DNA of 64,000 bases from an uncultured bacterium (GTDB lineage: Bacteria; Babelota; Babeliae; Babelales; Vermiphilaceae). Under the pieces are notes generated by a model. That model was not told the origin of the DNA, made no database searches, and saw nothing but the letters and a program-made list of their open reading frames with translations. The stretch lies in assembly GCA_963695335.1 (NCBI GenBank), contig OY968764.1, forward strand, positions 1,248,001 to 1,312,000, read 5' to 3'. Shown piece after piece: positions 39,991 to 49,863 of this stretch. The position numbers were made by a program, and so were the translations under genes. The number at the start of each line of letters is the position of its first letter. The first letter of the stretch is position 1.

Positions 39991-41445
39991 TTACCAATTT
40001 CTTGGATCTACAATCTGTGTACAGGTAATGATATCATCAAAATATGCTCGCTTAATTAATGCATCGTCAGCGCCCTCATTACAAATAAGTACTTTATGAA
40101 TTGTCTTATTTCCTTTATTAGGAAACAAAGACAATTTTTTTTCAAACTCTGCAATAACACTGGTCCCAACTTTACCCTGCAAATATTTGATCTCACAAAT
40201 GGTGTACACATTGTCAGCTCTATCAAAAATAAGATCAATCTGATATCCCGGATTTTCCTTATCAGTTGCGCGACTAAAAAAAACTCCTGAACGATAATGC
40301 ACACCCGAAAAATACAAAATCTTAGCAAGCACATAATGATATTTACGACAAAAACGCTCAAAAGCAAAACCTAGCCATTTGATATAACTATCCACTTTAA
40401 GTGCTGCTTTTGGATTACGATTATACGCGCCACTCTCTATATTTTGTTGTAACGGCTTGATGAATTTACAATAAAAATGTAGGTAATTATCATCAATTGC
40501 ATATCGGGTCAACAGCGTATTCTCTTCTAGATTAAACGGATAATAATGTGTAATAAAACCAGATTTTTCTAAATCTAATAACACATTAGTTAAACTACCC
40601 CCAGAAGATACATCAAGTAAATCAACTAATTCAGCCCGTGTTGCAAATTTTTTATTACTCAAAATATCAATAATAGCGCGATAATGTTTATTGTTGGACA
40701 TACTACTCGTGAAAATACGCTCATACTCACGCGCAAAAAAACTTCCTGACACAAAAGAATTGATACATAAACTGATAAATACTGATGATTCTTTATTGAT
40801 CCATTTTAGATATTCTGGAACGCCACCAATTGTTAAATACGCATCAAAAACTTCTCGATTACTTCGTTTTTTAAGAAATTCTTTTGCTTCATACACAGTA
40901 AATTCTTTAAGATGAAATTCATACTGCGAGCGATTATATAATGCCTTGGAATGAATTACATGATCGATCATAAATGATGGCGCTGAACCACACAAAATAA
41001 TGATAAGTTTGGGATTATGGCGAAAAAAATTATCCCAGACATATTTAAGTTCAGCAATCAACGCATCATCATAATGCGCTAGCCACTGCAACTCTTCCAA
41101 ATAAATGGTCCACGTGCCTTTACGTGTATATTCATACAAAATCTCAAAAAACTCACGCCAACTTTCTACCACCGTTTTAGCTAATAGTTTGCTCTCTGTA
41201 TATGTGGCCAACTGATTCATCACATGAGCCAACTGTTCTTTCTGAGAGAACCCTTCTATCCCCTCAAATTTAAGTAATTTCCTATTTCTAAACGCCTGCT
41301 CACACAATTCTGTTTTTCCAATTCGCCTGCGGCCATACATAATAATAATTGATGCCTCTCCTGATGCACCAATCTTATGCAAACGCTCCAACTCATCGAC
41401 TCTTCCAACGAAATTTTTTTTTGTTTTTATGCGCAATGGTTTCAT
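39991..41445 (-). CDS. AAA/archaeal-type ATPase with winged-helix and C-terminal PD-(D/E)XK-like domain
   Basis: FVGRVDEL, YGRRRIGKT, LEELQW, LCGS, GGVPEYL, QIDL...ICEIKY. Confidence 0.9.
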   Translation of the reverse strand: MKPLRIKTKKNFVGRVDELERLHKIGASGEASIIIMYGRRRIGKTELCEQAFRNRKLLKFEGIEGFSQKEQLAHVMNQLATYTESKLLAKTVVESWREFFEILYEYTRKGTWTIYLEELQWLAHYDDALIAELKYVWDNFFRHNPKLIIILCGSAPSFMIDHVIHSKALYNRSQYEFHLKEFTVYEAKEFLKKRSNREVFDAYLTIGGVPEYLKWINKESSVFISLCINSFVSGSFFAREYERIFTSSMSNNKHYRAIIDILSNKKFATRAELVDLLDVSSGGSLTNVLLDLEKSGFITHYYPFNLEENTLLTRYAIDDNYLHFYCKFIKPLQQNIESGAYNRNPKAALKVDSYIKWLGFAFERFCRKYHYVLAKILYFSGVHYRSGVFFSRATDKENPGYQIDLIFDRADNVYTICEIKYLQGKVGTSVIAEFEKKLSLFPNKGNKTIHKVLICNEGADDALIKRAYFDDIITCTQIVDPRNW

Positions 41446-41510
41446 AAAAAATACTCCTTATTTTTCCAACTAACTATATTTTATCATCTATTTGGCTAAA
41501 ATTACAATAA

Positions 41511-41748
41511 AAAATTGAGCCAAATAGGCCATATTCATAACCTATTTGGCTCAAAATTAGCGATCCCCCTAAAAACAGATTAGTAAGACTAGACACATCT
41601 TGCATAGATAAAAGCAAATCTTTAAAATTCTTTTGATTAACACGACTCAATCGCTATTAAATAAAAAATTCTGCAATTTGGAAGCAATAATTCCAAATTG
41701 CAGAAAATATAGGTTTGAAGCGATTCAATCACACTATTCTTTGTTCTT
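41511..41748. repeat. Two-hairpin non-coding element, copy 1 (copy 2 at 50982-51173)
   Basis: Hairpins TGAGCCAAATAGG/CCTATTTGGCTCA and TTCTGCAATTTGGAA/TTCCAAATTGCAGAA plus conserved linkers CACGACTCAAT and CGATTCAATC. Confidence 0.8.
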
Positions 41749-42396
41749 ATTGTATTCTTCAAAAAGAGCACGCTGCTTGATATAACAATCTTTTTTATGC
41801 CGCAAAAGCCCCGCTATTTTCTTACATTGCTCAGCGGTGATCTTGTCATGAGCCCACAACAATTTTCCTTCTTCTTCCTTGCTCTGCAATTTTTGTAAAC
41901 CTGCGTTTACAGTCATTACAAAATGATGCTCCTGATTAGCATCAGAGAAAAGTTCAACTCTTTTTTTCTGAGCATCATACAGGTCAAGATACTTACAACA
42001 ACGTGGATTGCTACATGGGATTTTTTTAATATATGCAAAAGAACACTCATCACTACCAATTTCTGCAATATCATAATAAAGTTTTTCAGCCCTAAAAGCT
42101 TTTGGGTCACGTACATACTTATACGTTTTATGCACACCTTTACATGCACCACCAATAATATAACATCCAGCAACAGTTGCAACTTGCCCTAGAGCATAAC
42201 CGAGAGGCAAAATGAACATTGCTGCAGCAACAATTTCACCAGCCTCATCAAAATTTCTTTTTTGTATCATAGGACTTGTTACATTGACCCGATGTACAGA
42301 TTTTGGCATCCGCTTGGTAACCAACTGCATTGCAGATACTTCTGATGCAATGATCATTGATACGCACAATCCAAAAAAAATAGTCTTACCATCCAT
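41734..42396 (-). CDS. Secreted protein, C-x4-CC family, with presequence-like mature N-terminus and a TM helix
   Basis: EVSA|MQLVTKRMPKSVHRVNVTSPMIQKRNF; PCSNPRCC; paralog of 43264..44226. Confidence 0.8.
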   Translation of the reverse strand: MDGKTIFFGLCVSMIIASEVSAMQLVTKRMPKSVHRVNVTSPMIQKRNFDEAGEIVAAAMFILPLGYALGQVATVAGCYIIGGACKGVHKTYKYVRDPKAFRAEKLYYDIAEIGSDECSFAYIKKIPCSNPRCCKYLDLYDAQKKRVELFSDANQEHHFVMTVNAGLQKLQSKEEEGKLLWAHDKITAEQCKKIAGLLRHKKDCYIKQRALFEEYNKNKE

Positions 42397-42401
42397 CTGC
42401 T

Positions 42402-43229
42402 TTACTCTCTTGTTTGATTCTTGCCACAGTGCAATAACTTATACTCTTCATCGATACGGCTTAATTTATATGACACAGTACGATTGCCTACCAGAGCGTT
42501 TCTATAATCTATTTTTGCCTGCTCATCAACTATCGCATCTTTATATTCTTTCTCATTTTCATACCATTCACTAATATCATCTCGGATCTCACGAATTTGT
42601 TTGATTTTAGATGTCATTTTAAAATGATCTTCTTTCCAAGTATCAAAGCTATCTTCTAAAATAACTTGTGCCTGATTAAACAAACATGCATTTATATTAG
42701 AAATCATCGAATATAATACTAAACGCTTTGACCTATCTGCATTACAAAATTCATTCAATATAACTCTATACTGTATTAAATCTATATATAAGTCTTTAAT
42801 ATCTTCCAAATATGCAACTCTACCTTTTTTTTCAACATTCTCCAAAAATCTCTGCCTTATTGCATGTGATCTTCGCGCTGCTTGTATATTTTTTTGCATT
42901 CCTAACAACAATGCTCCACCGCAACATATAGGTGAATTACATGCATCTGCTTTGAGAATTCGCTCAGCAAGAAAATTTTCACATTTCTTTGCACCTAATT
43001 CTTTAATGTCTTCATACATTTCTGCTAAATCTTTTGACGTATATAGTGCATCTGAATAAAAACTAACACTATCTTTACCTACTCGAATATCAAAAGGCCT
43101 ACTATTATTTCTTTGTTGAATTTTACAAAAAACATTCGACATGCGCTTAGTTTTGACTATCATCGCATGTGTCACCGACACAAACATCACTGATGCACTC
43201 AATACAAAAAATATATTCTTACATTTCAT
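42402..43229 (-). CDS. Secreted protein, C-x4-CC family
   Basis: VTHA|MIVKTKRMSNVFCKIQQRNNS; ACNSPICC; RBS AAGGAG. Confidence 0.8.
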   Translation of the reverse strand: MKCKNIFFVLSASVMFVSVTHAMIVKTKRMSNVFCKIQQRNNSRPFDIRVGKDSVSFYSDALYTSKDLAEMYEDIKELGAKKCENFLAERILKADACNSPICCGGALLLGMQKNIQAARRSHAIRQRFLENVEKKGRVAYLEDIKDLYIDLIQYRVILNEFCNADRSKRLVLYSMISNINACLFNQAQVILEDSFDTWKEDHFKMTSKIKQIREIRDDISEWYENEKEYKDAIVDEQAKIDYRNALVGNRTVSYKLSRIDEEYKLLHCGKNQTRE

Positions 43230-43263
43230 CTGCTGCTCCTTAAAAAATTAAAAACTTTTCCAT

Positions 43264-44226
43264 TTATTCAATACTACTATGGCTACTTGAAGAACTATCC
43301 GAAGAAAAACTACTATCCCTATATGATTGCGAAGAATAACTCTCCATATTTGACATATACGATGAACTTGATGAACTATCAGAATGGGCAGTTGCACTAT
43401 CACAAATTTGCTTTGCCACATATGCATGCATCATCAACATATTTAAATCGCGCGCAGGATCGTCATTTCTACGGCCATCGTCAGCTTTATCTTGTTGCCG
43501 TGGTGTATGTTGTTGTAGATTACACTCTTGATTATGTTGCTGCTGATTATCATATCGCTGCGTCTTTGGGACCATCAAAGTAATAGATTTAATCTTCTCA
43601 CAATATTCTTTATCGCTCTGTTTTTTTGCTTCAGCACTATCAAAAAATTCATCAGAAAGAGCTATCTGTTTTATATGACAATCTTTTTTATGCTCAAGAA
43701 GACCCATAATTTTTTGATATCCTTCAATATAAATTTTATCTTGAGCAAGTAATTGCTTTGCTTCTTCTTCTTTATTATGCAATTTTTGTAAACCATCTTT
43801 TACCCGTACTAAAAAATCACGTCCCTGATTAATGTCACAAAAAAGTTCAGGTCTTTTTTCATAAGCAAAGAGTGGGTGAAGATTCTTACAACATTGTGGG
43901 TTTTTACACACCTCTTTTTTGATATAAACATTGGAACATCTCTCGCTACCAATGCCTGCAACTTCATTATGTAACCTGTTAGCTGTAATTATCATCTTAG
44001 TAATTGGGCAAGTATTTAGAGCTTCTTCTATACAACAAATAGCCACAGGAACACCAACAAACCATATTAATGCTCCAAAACTTCCCCTTTTTTGCACCAG
44101 GGGACTCATGCTATTCACCCGATACATAGTTTTTGGTATTCGTCTTCTAACCAATTGCATTGCAGATATTTCTGATGCAATCATCATTGATGCACACAAA
44201 CCAAAAAATATATTCTTACCATTCAT
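43264..44226 (-). CDS. Secreted protein, C-x4-CC family, with TM helix and Ser-rich tail
   Basis: Start ATG 44226 after AAGGAGCAGCAG; EISA|MQLVRRRIPKTMYRVNSMSPLVQKRGSF; VCKNPQCC. Confidence 0.8.
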   Translation of the reverse strand: MNGKNIFFGLCASMMIASEISAMQLVRRRIPKTMYRVNSMSPLVQKRGSFGALIWFVGVPVAICCIEEALNTCPITKMIITANRLHNEVAGIGSERCSNVYIKKEVCKNPQCCKNLHPLFAYEKRPELFCDINQGRDFLVRVKDGLQKLHNKEEEAKQLLAQDKIYIEGYQKIMGLLEHKKDCHIKQIALSDEFFDSAEAKKQSDKEYCEKIKSITLMVPKTQRYDNQQQHNQECNLQQHTPRQQDKADDGRRNDDPARDLNMLMMHAYVAKQICDSATAHSDSSSSSSYMSNMESYSSQSYRDSSFSSDSSSSSHSSIE

Positions 44227-44318
44227 CTGCTGCTCCTTAAAAAAAGTAAAATTTTGCATATCAATATGCTATACTACTAAAAAAATAGAATTTATACATC
44301 ACCTAAAAAGGTATTTTT

Positions 44319-44759
44319 ATGAAACACACAAAACTTATTGCCATATTTTTTGCCACATACCACATTGCATCTTTTTCATCACAACATCAATCAGCTCCTG
44401 CATTACAAACAATAATGAATAAAATAGTTATGATTCAGCGTGAAAACGCTGAAAATAACCATCAAAGAATCGTAGAGTACTACAATCAATTTCCAAAAGT
44501 ATCACAAGAAGAGATTAATAGATGGGTAGCGAAAAAAGAACGTGAGATTAAAGAGAATCAAGCACAATATAAAAAAGAACAAGAACAACAAGAAATCCGA
44601 TGGCTTCTGAAATATAACCGCAAAAATAGGCATCAGCGCAGCCCTTATCACAAAGCAATCAAAAAAGATCTCCAAAACGATCACCGGAATAGATATAACC
44701 CACACATAAAAACAATCGAGTGTTATCCTACTCGATTGTTACTTGAATTAAAAAAATAG
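44319..44759 (+). CDS. Secreted hypothetical basic protein
   Basis: RBS AAGGT; signal-like MKHTKLIAIFFATYHIASFS. Confidence 0.65.
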   Translation: MKHTKLIAIFFATYHIASFSSQHQSAPALQTIMNKIVMIQRENAENNHQRIVEYYNQFPKVSQEEINRWVAKKEREIKENQAQYKKEQEQQEIRWLLKYNRKNRHQRSPYHKAIKKDLQNDHRNRYNPHIKTIECYPTRLLLELKK

Positions 44760-44793
44760 ACTTTTTAAAAAAAATTAAGAGATTATCTAAATC

Positions 44794-45453
44794 TTATACT
44801 TGCCAAAACCATTTCTTCCGAGAAGTTGCTTCAGAAATCATTTGTTTTACTTTTTCAAGTAATTGTTCATCGTGGCATTGTACAGCATCCGCATGATGTT
44901 CTAATGCACATTCATAAGCTTTATGTCCTAATCGATACAACATATAACCTATTGCGCATCTACCCATAAATTGTAGGATCTTCTTTTTATTTAAAAGTTG
45001 ATCTTCTTCTTCTCTCTGGTGATAATCGCGCTGAAATGCTTTAATATATGCTTCTAATGCTGCTTTTTTGTGCTCTACTTTATATTGTAACAATGCAAAG
45101 ATTTTTATTTCCAAAGAAGTGGAATCATCTACAATAATACGAGCAATACGCGGTAACTCATACCAGCAAAAATAATACTTAAATTGTGTAGCATCTGAAA
45201 ATGCACTATAAAACGAATGTGAGTGTGTTACTTTTACGCATTTATCGAGCCATTGTAATAGTTCTTCATGCAATGGCACAACTGATCTTTCTTTTAATTC
45301 CTCTATAAAATCCACTATAACAGTTTTTACATCATAGTTCTGGCCATCAATTTCCCAAAGCCACTTATTATTGATATCAGCGCATACATTAGATGATATG
45401 CCAAGACTTACACTTACTGCCGCAGCAAAAAATAGGTTTTTTAAAACGACCAA
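44794..45453 (-). CDS. Secreted hypothetical protein
   Basis: Signal peptide ending NVCA; RBS AGGGG; tail RKKWFWQV. Confidence 0.7.
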   Translation of the reverse strand: MVVLKNLFFAAAVSVSLGISSNVCADINNKWLWEIDGQNYDVKTVIVDFIEELKERSVVPLHEELLQWLDKCVKVTHSHSFYSAFSDATQFKYYFCWYELPRIARIIVDDSTSLEIKIFALLQYKVEHKKAALEAYIKAFQRDYHQREEEDQLLNKKKILQFMGRCAIGYMLYRLGHKAYECALEHHADAVQCHDEQLLEKVKQMISEATSRKKWFWQV

Positions 45454-45480
45454 TATAATCCCCTAGGTTCTTAAATATGT

Positions 45481-46596
45481 TTATTCACAACGCCCAGCTT
45501 CATGGGCATGATCTCTATCCCACTGGTTAATATACCCTTCCACCATTTGTCGCCGATCAGCAGGAATAGGATGTAGAGGATAAATAATTTCTTTTATTAT
45601 CCTACTATTGAGTACTCTCTCTAGCCTACTATCTGATATTTTATTTTTCTTATAATAGTCTGTTTCATGTTCCTTCCAATATTTTGCAAACTCTTCAAGC
45701 TCTAATCGCGATACAGCATGTTCACACGCAAATGTATCCGCAGGTGCCTCAAACCAATGTTTCGATAAAAATCCACCTAAAACAGCATTGGCCAATGCTT
45801 TTGGTACAATGGCACCAATAGCAGAACCAGATCGCAACATAGTCTTTAAAAATGTTTTTGGTTGCGGTTGAATATTATATAATTTTCTCAATAGTTTAGT
45901 TGCTCCAAAAGATAATGCCTCAACTCCAAGAGGGATTGTTGTGAGAGCATACACATATTTATTACTATCCTCATGAACAATATGACCAAATTCATGATTT
46001 ACAATCATTGATTCTCGAGCGATTTTTGCTTTACATTGAGCAACATTTTGTTTCTCTACATCAATCTGTGATTCTGCAGATTTAATTAATTGGTTATCAG
46101 CACGCGACAAAAGAAAAGATTTAAATATTCCCCTTTTTTCTTTTTGTTGCTTGGCATATTCAAATTCTTTTAAAGCTTGATGAAGTCTTTCTTCTGCTAG
46201 CGGCTGATTGACTAAGGCTTCATGCAATTGATCGCAAACTTCTGAAGAAACTGATACCACACCAATATGTTCATTAGCACGAGCATGAGCATGACGTGAA
46301 TTCTTATGAGTCACTAAGAATATAGGTTTAGAATGAGGCATATTTGCTTGTTTTTTTTGACCTTCAAACCAATCATTAAGAGCTGGTTGCGTGGGCAACT
46401 CTTCATCAAAATCCAATACATTTACTTTTTCTAATGCTTTTTTATAGTTCTTAGAATGATACAATCCAAGAGTTGGCAACGTTGTTACGCCAACAAAACG
46501 AGCTAATTTAAAGACTTTTCCACCCATGGCAAAAGATGGGATCATAAACGTAAAAAGCAGCATTAGAGCTGCATATTGTAAATAACTTTTATTCAT
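45481..46596 (-). CDS. Secreted zinc metalloprotease, M48-like
   Basis: PSFA|MGG; HEFGH, EAPAD and HPIPADR motifs; hydrophobic helices after HExxH. Confidence 0.8.
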   Translation of the reverse strand: MNKSYLQYAALMLLFTFMIPSFAMGGKVFKLARFVGVTTLPTLGLYHSKNYKKALEKVNVLDFDEELPTQPALNDWFEGQKKQANMPHSKPIFLVTHKNSRHAHARANEHIGVVSVSSEVCDQLHEALVNQPLAEERLHQALKEFEYAKQQKEKRGIFKSFLLSRADNQLIKSAESQIDVEKQNVAQCKAKIARESMIVNHEFGHIVHEDSNKYVYALTTIPLGVEALSFGATKLLRKLYNIQPQPKTFLKTMLRSGSAIGAIVPKALANAVLGGFLSKHWFEAPADTFACEHAVSRLELEEFAKYWKEHETDYYKKNKISDSRLERVLNSRIIKEIIYPLHPIPADRRQMVEGYINQWDRDHAHEAGRCE

Positions 46597-46754
46597 AACG
46601 TTCCTGATTGATAATTTTTTAACCTTTGGTTATATACTATACAGCATACATTTTTTACAAAAATTATCAATTTGAAACATCAAAAACTCCTAAAAAAATC
46701 CCTTCTAAAAATTAATCTAGAAGGGCAATAAATGCTGCTCAAGACTTTTATTAT

Positions 46755-48029
46755 TTACTTTTGTGTCTCAATAAAAGGATTTACTCCACCATGCTTCCTT
46801 ATTATTGCCTTATTTATTAAAGACAAAATTTCTGCATCTGATGTAATTGAAGGTTGCGGAAAACGTGTTGCTGCAGATTGTATTGCTGCTGCATACCCCT
46901 CTGGATAAATAATCTTTATAGCATTATTACGTGGCGTTACACCAAATTTATTGACAAACTCTGGGTCTGCTCCTGCATCAAGAAGTTCTTTAATCATTAA
47001 TTTATTTTTTGTATTAATTGCAGCCGAAAGAGCTGTAGTTCCTTTCTTATTCTGTTGATCTATTGCGATATAAGGATTATTTAAAAGACATTTGACTGCT
47101 TCCATGTGGCCCTCATCCACAGCAAATAATAATGCTGTATCTCCATACATAGGAGTATCTTTATTAACATCTGCTCCATACTCAAGAAGTATAGTAATCA
47201 TAGGGCAGTTATTGTCTTGTGCTGCATGCATAAGAGCTGTTAGTCCACCATTGCTTGGCTGATCTATCTTAATTCGAGGGTTACTTAAAAGACATTTAAC
47301 TGCTTCCATATGTCCTTGAGCAACAGCAAGTGCTAATACTGGGATTCCAGACTCTAAAACAATTTTATTAATATCTGCTCCATGCTCAAGAAGTATAGTA
47401 ATCATAGGACAATTGTTGTAAAACACTGCAAGCGAAAGAGCTGTGCCCCCATCAGTACCTACTTGATCTATCTTAATTTGCGGATTACTTAAAAGACATT
47501 TAACCGCTTCCATATGTCCTTCAGCAACAGCAAACCGCAATGCTGTCGTTCCTTTCGTATTACCTTTATTGATATCTGCCCCATGCTCAAGCAATATATT
47601 AATAACAGGACAATGATTTTCTTGTGCCGCAAACATAAGGGCTGTACTCCCAAAACTATCTTGTTGGTCTACCTTAATGTGAGGATTATCTAAAAGACAT
47701 TGAACTGCTTCTATATGCCCCTTTTGAGCAGCAAATATTAATGCTGTCCTCCCATCAGAATCAATTACGTTAACATCAATTCCATCATCAAGAAGTTTTG
47801 TAATTGTAGAGCAATCATTTTCCTTTGCTGCGTTCAAGAAGGCATCACTTTGTCCTCCTTGAATATATTTTTTATATGCTAAATAACCACCCCCAATAGC
47901 CGCTCCGATAAGTGCAATCAATCCTATTTTTTTTGCGGTACTTGATTCTTCTTCCATGCCATAATTATGATATGGTGTAATTATCAGCAAAAATGCAGTG
48001 ATCATGCTCAATTTTTTTGTACAATCCAT
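46755..48029 (-). CDS. Secreted ankyrin repeat protein with N-terminal TM helix
   Basis: NYG|MEE; IGLIALIGAAIGGGYLAY; about 9 ankyrin repeats with a two-repeat (~201-204 nt) period. Confidence 0.92.
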   Translation of the reverse strand: MDCTKKLSMITAFLLIITPYHNYGMEEESSTAKKIGLIALIGAAIGGGYLAYKKYIQGGQSDAFLNAAKENDCSTITKLLDDGIDVNVIDSDGRTALIFAAQKGHIEAVQCLLDNPHIKVDQQDSFGSTALMFAAQENHCPVINILLEHGADINKGNTKGTTALRFAVAEGHMEAVKCLLSNPQIKIDQVGTDGGTALSLAVFYNNCPMITILLEHGADINKIVLESGIPVLALAVAQGHMEAVKCLLSNPRIKIDQPSNGGLTALMHAAQDNNCPMITILLEYGADVNKDTPMYGDTALLFAVDEGHMEAVKCLLNNPYIAIDQQNKKGTTALSAAINTKNKLMIKELLDAGADPEFVNKFGVTPRNNAIKIIYPEGYAAAIQSAATRFPQPSITSDAEILSLINKAIIRKHGGVNPFIETQK

Positions 48030-48146
48030 ATATCCCCCTCCCTCTTTTTTTAATTACAACTTCCCTATAGAAATCTTAAACAATAGCATTTCAATTAGTC
48101 AACACTAAATCATAAAACCTATCAGATAATAGCTTTTTATAATAAT

Positions 48147-48191
48147 AATTCAGCCAAGTAGACCAACTTCTTAGGCTACTTGGCTGAATTA
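48147..48191. repeat. Intergenic hairpin related to hairpin 1 of the 41511/50982 element; possible terminator
   Basis: AATTCAGCCAAGTAG-loop-CTACTTGGCTGAATT. Confidence 0.6.
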
Positions 48192-48226
48192 TCGTTTTTA
48201 TGAATTTTATTTAAAAGGCGTTTTTC

Positions 48227-49408
48227 TTATAATTGGCAGCCATGACTTTTAACTAAATTATACATAATAAAGCGCATAACTCCCGCAGGGATGTTCTGCA
48301 TAGTTCCATAAAAATCAATGGTGTAATTTTTTAAAAACCAATATTTAAAAGCAAACGAGCGTTGCTTATCAATAGTATCAACCATCTCTTTGAGCCAACC
48401 TTTTGGCTCTCCTTGTTCCACATCGAATGCGGTTTTTTCCACACCATCATCTTCATGATACCAAAATGGATATTCCATTCGTTTAATGCTAGCACGTGTA
48501 ACACTATCACTATTTACAAAATACTGTAACAACAACCATGCATATTCTTGATCATTATTGCGTGCTGCAATCATAAGGGGAGAAAACTTTTCAAACGACT
48601 GAGTACAATCTGGATCGGCACCATATGCAAGGAGCGATAGTGCTATAATACAATAATGCACTTTTCTATTTCCATGTTTTCCAAAGCTCCAACAGCGTTT
48701 TTTGGCGATATCCAACAACAAATTATTGTTGATTTTATTTTTGCAATCAGAGCCAACGGCAAGAAGCTGCTCTATTTTTTCAAAATCCATTGTTTTAAAA
48801 GCCAAAGAAAGTAACGTATGTGGACTGTACTTTTCCACCAGTTGTTTAAATTTCATTCCCGTTCTTTTTGGTCTGGTAGTATCTCTGCTTTTATATTTTG
48901 CCATTTTATGACTTAACCAACCATGGCTTACTTGATAGCTCGCATTCAAATACCAAGAATCTTGCAAATCTTCTGGTGTAAACTGCCTATCTGCATCGGT
49001 CACAATATCAAACAACTGATCCATTTTTTGCCGTATAGTAAAAAAAACGCCGCCTTTTGAATTAAGGCAGCGAGCAACTGTTTCATCACACATCCAACGC
49101 TGATGTTGTGCAATACTCTTAATTATTTTTTGGGCACTCTTTTCTTTAGAAAATCTTTCAGAAAAAAACCTATTAACACATGTCACTGTCTGAAGATCTC
49201 TACCAAAGTGGTGTACCACACTATCATTGCAATGATTGTACTTTCTACCACCTGATTGATCTACAATAAAATGATTTTCAGCATACAGCCAGCTCAGAAT
49301 CTTTACCAACACTTGATCTCTAACTTTTTCTTCTTGCTGTATCACCAAATCCATACTATGCAATGCAGTAGTAATAATAAACAATGCAAAAACTATTTTT
49401 TTATGCAT
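48227..49408 (-). CDS. Secreted ankyrin repeat protein
   Basis: LHS|MDL; LLAYGADPD; SPLMIAARNN. Confidence 0.8.
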   Translation of the reverse strand: MHKKIVFALFIITTALHSMDLVIQQEEKVRDQVLVKILSWLYAENHFIVDQSGGRKYNHCNDSVVHHFGRDLQTVTCVNRFFSERFSKEKSAQKIIKSIAQHQRWMCDETVARCLNSKGGVFFTIRQKMDQLFDIVTDADRQFTPEDLQDSWYLNASYQVSHGWLSHKMAKYKSRDTTRPKRTGMKFKQLVEKYSPHTLLSLAFKTMDFEKIEQLLAVGSDCKNKINNNLLLDIAKKRCWSFGKHGNRKVHYCIIALSLLAYGADPDCTQSFEKFSPLMIAARNNDQEYAWLLLQYFVNSDSVTRASIKRMEYPFWYHEDDGVEKTAFDVEQGEPKGWLKEMVDTIDKQRSFAFKYWFLKNYTIDFYGTMQNIPAGVMRFIMYNLVKSHGCQL

Positions 49409-49514
49409 GAAGATGAACTCCTTTTAATTCAACAATATATTGCTCGTATCACCTCATATTATGTAGGATCATCAAAAATAATCAAACATCAATCTTACTA
49501 AAAAAGGAAAAATA

Positions 49515-49835
49515 ATGAACAATTCAATACATCATTGCTGCAATTTTATGCAGCATTTTTTAGATGATACAAGAATGCCTCTCATGTATTCACCTATCTA
49601 TAAAGAATATGGAATCATTCTTTTAGACCAAGGGAAAGACGAAAAAGATCTATTAGAAAGAGAAATAATTTCCTACTGCCCATGGTGTAGTACACATTTA
49701 CAAACTGATCTACGCGATAAATGGTATGAAATTCTTGAAAAAGAATATCAAATCGATCCGGATGACGAAAAACAAAAAAAATCTATTCCTGCTGAGTTTT
49801 ATACTGAAGAATGGTGGAAAAAAAGGGGCTTATAG
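49515..49835 (+). CDS. Small Cys-motif protein (DUF6980-like), possible orphan immunity protein
   Basis: HCC..M, YCPWC, IPAEFYTEEWW; RBS AAGGA. Confidence 0.6.
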   Translation: MNNSIHHCCNFMQHFLDDTRMPLMYSPIYKEYGIILLDQGKDEKDLLEREIISYCPWCSTHLQTDLRDKWYEILEKEYQIDPDDEKQKKSIPAEFYTEEWWKKRGL

Positions 49836-49863
49836 CAAATTCCTAAAAATATATACAGTCTCC

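Noticed and set aside
46900..47800. ~201-204-nt tandem DNA periodicity
   Set aside because: Fully explained by duplication of ankyrin repeat pairs within the CDS.
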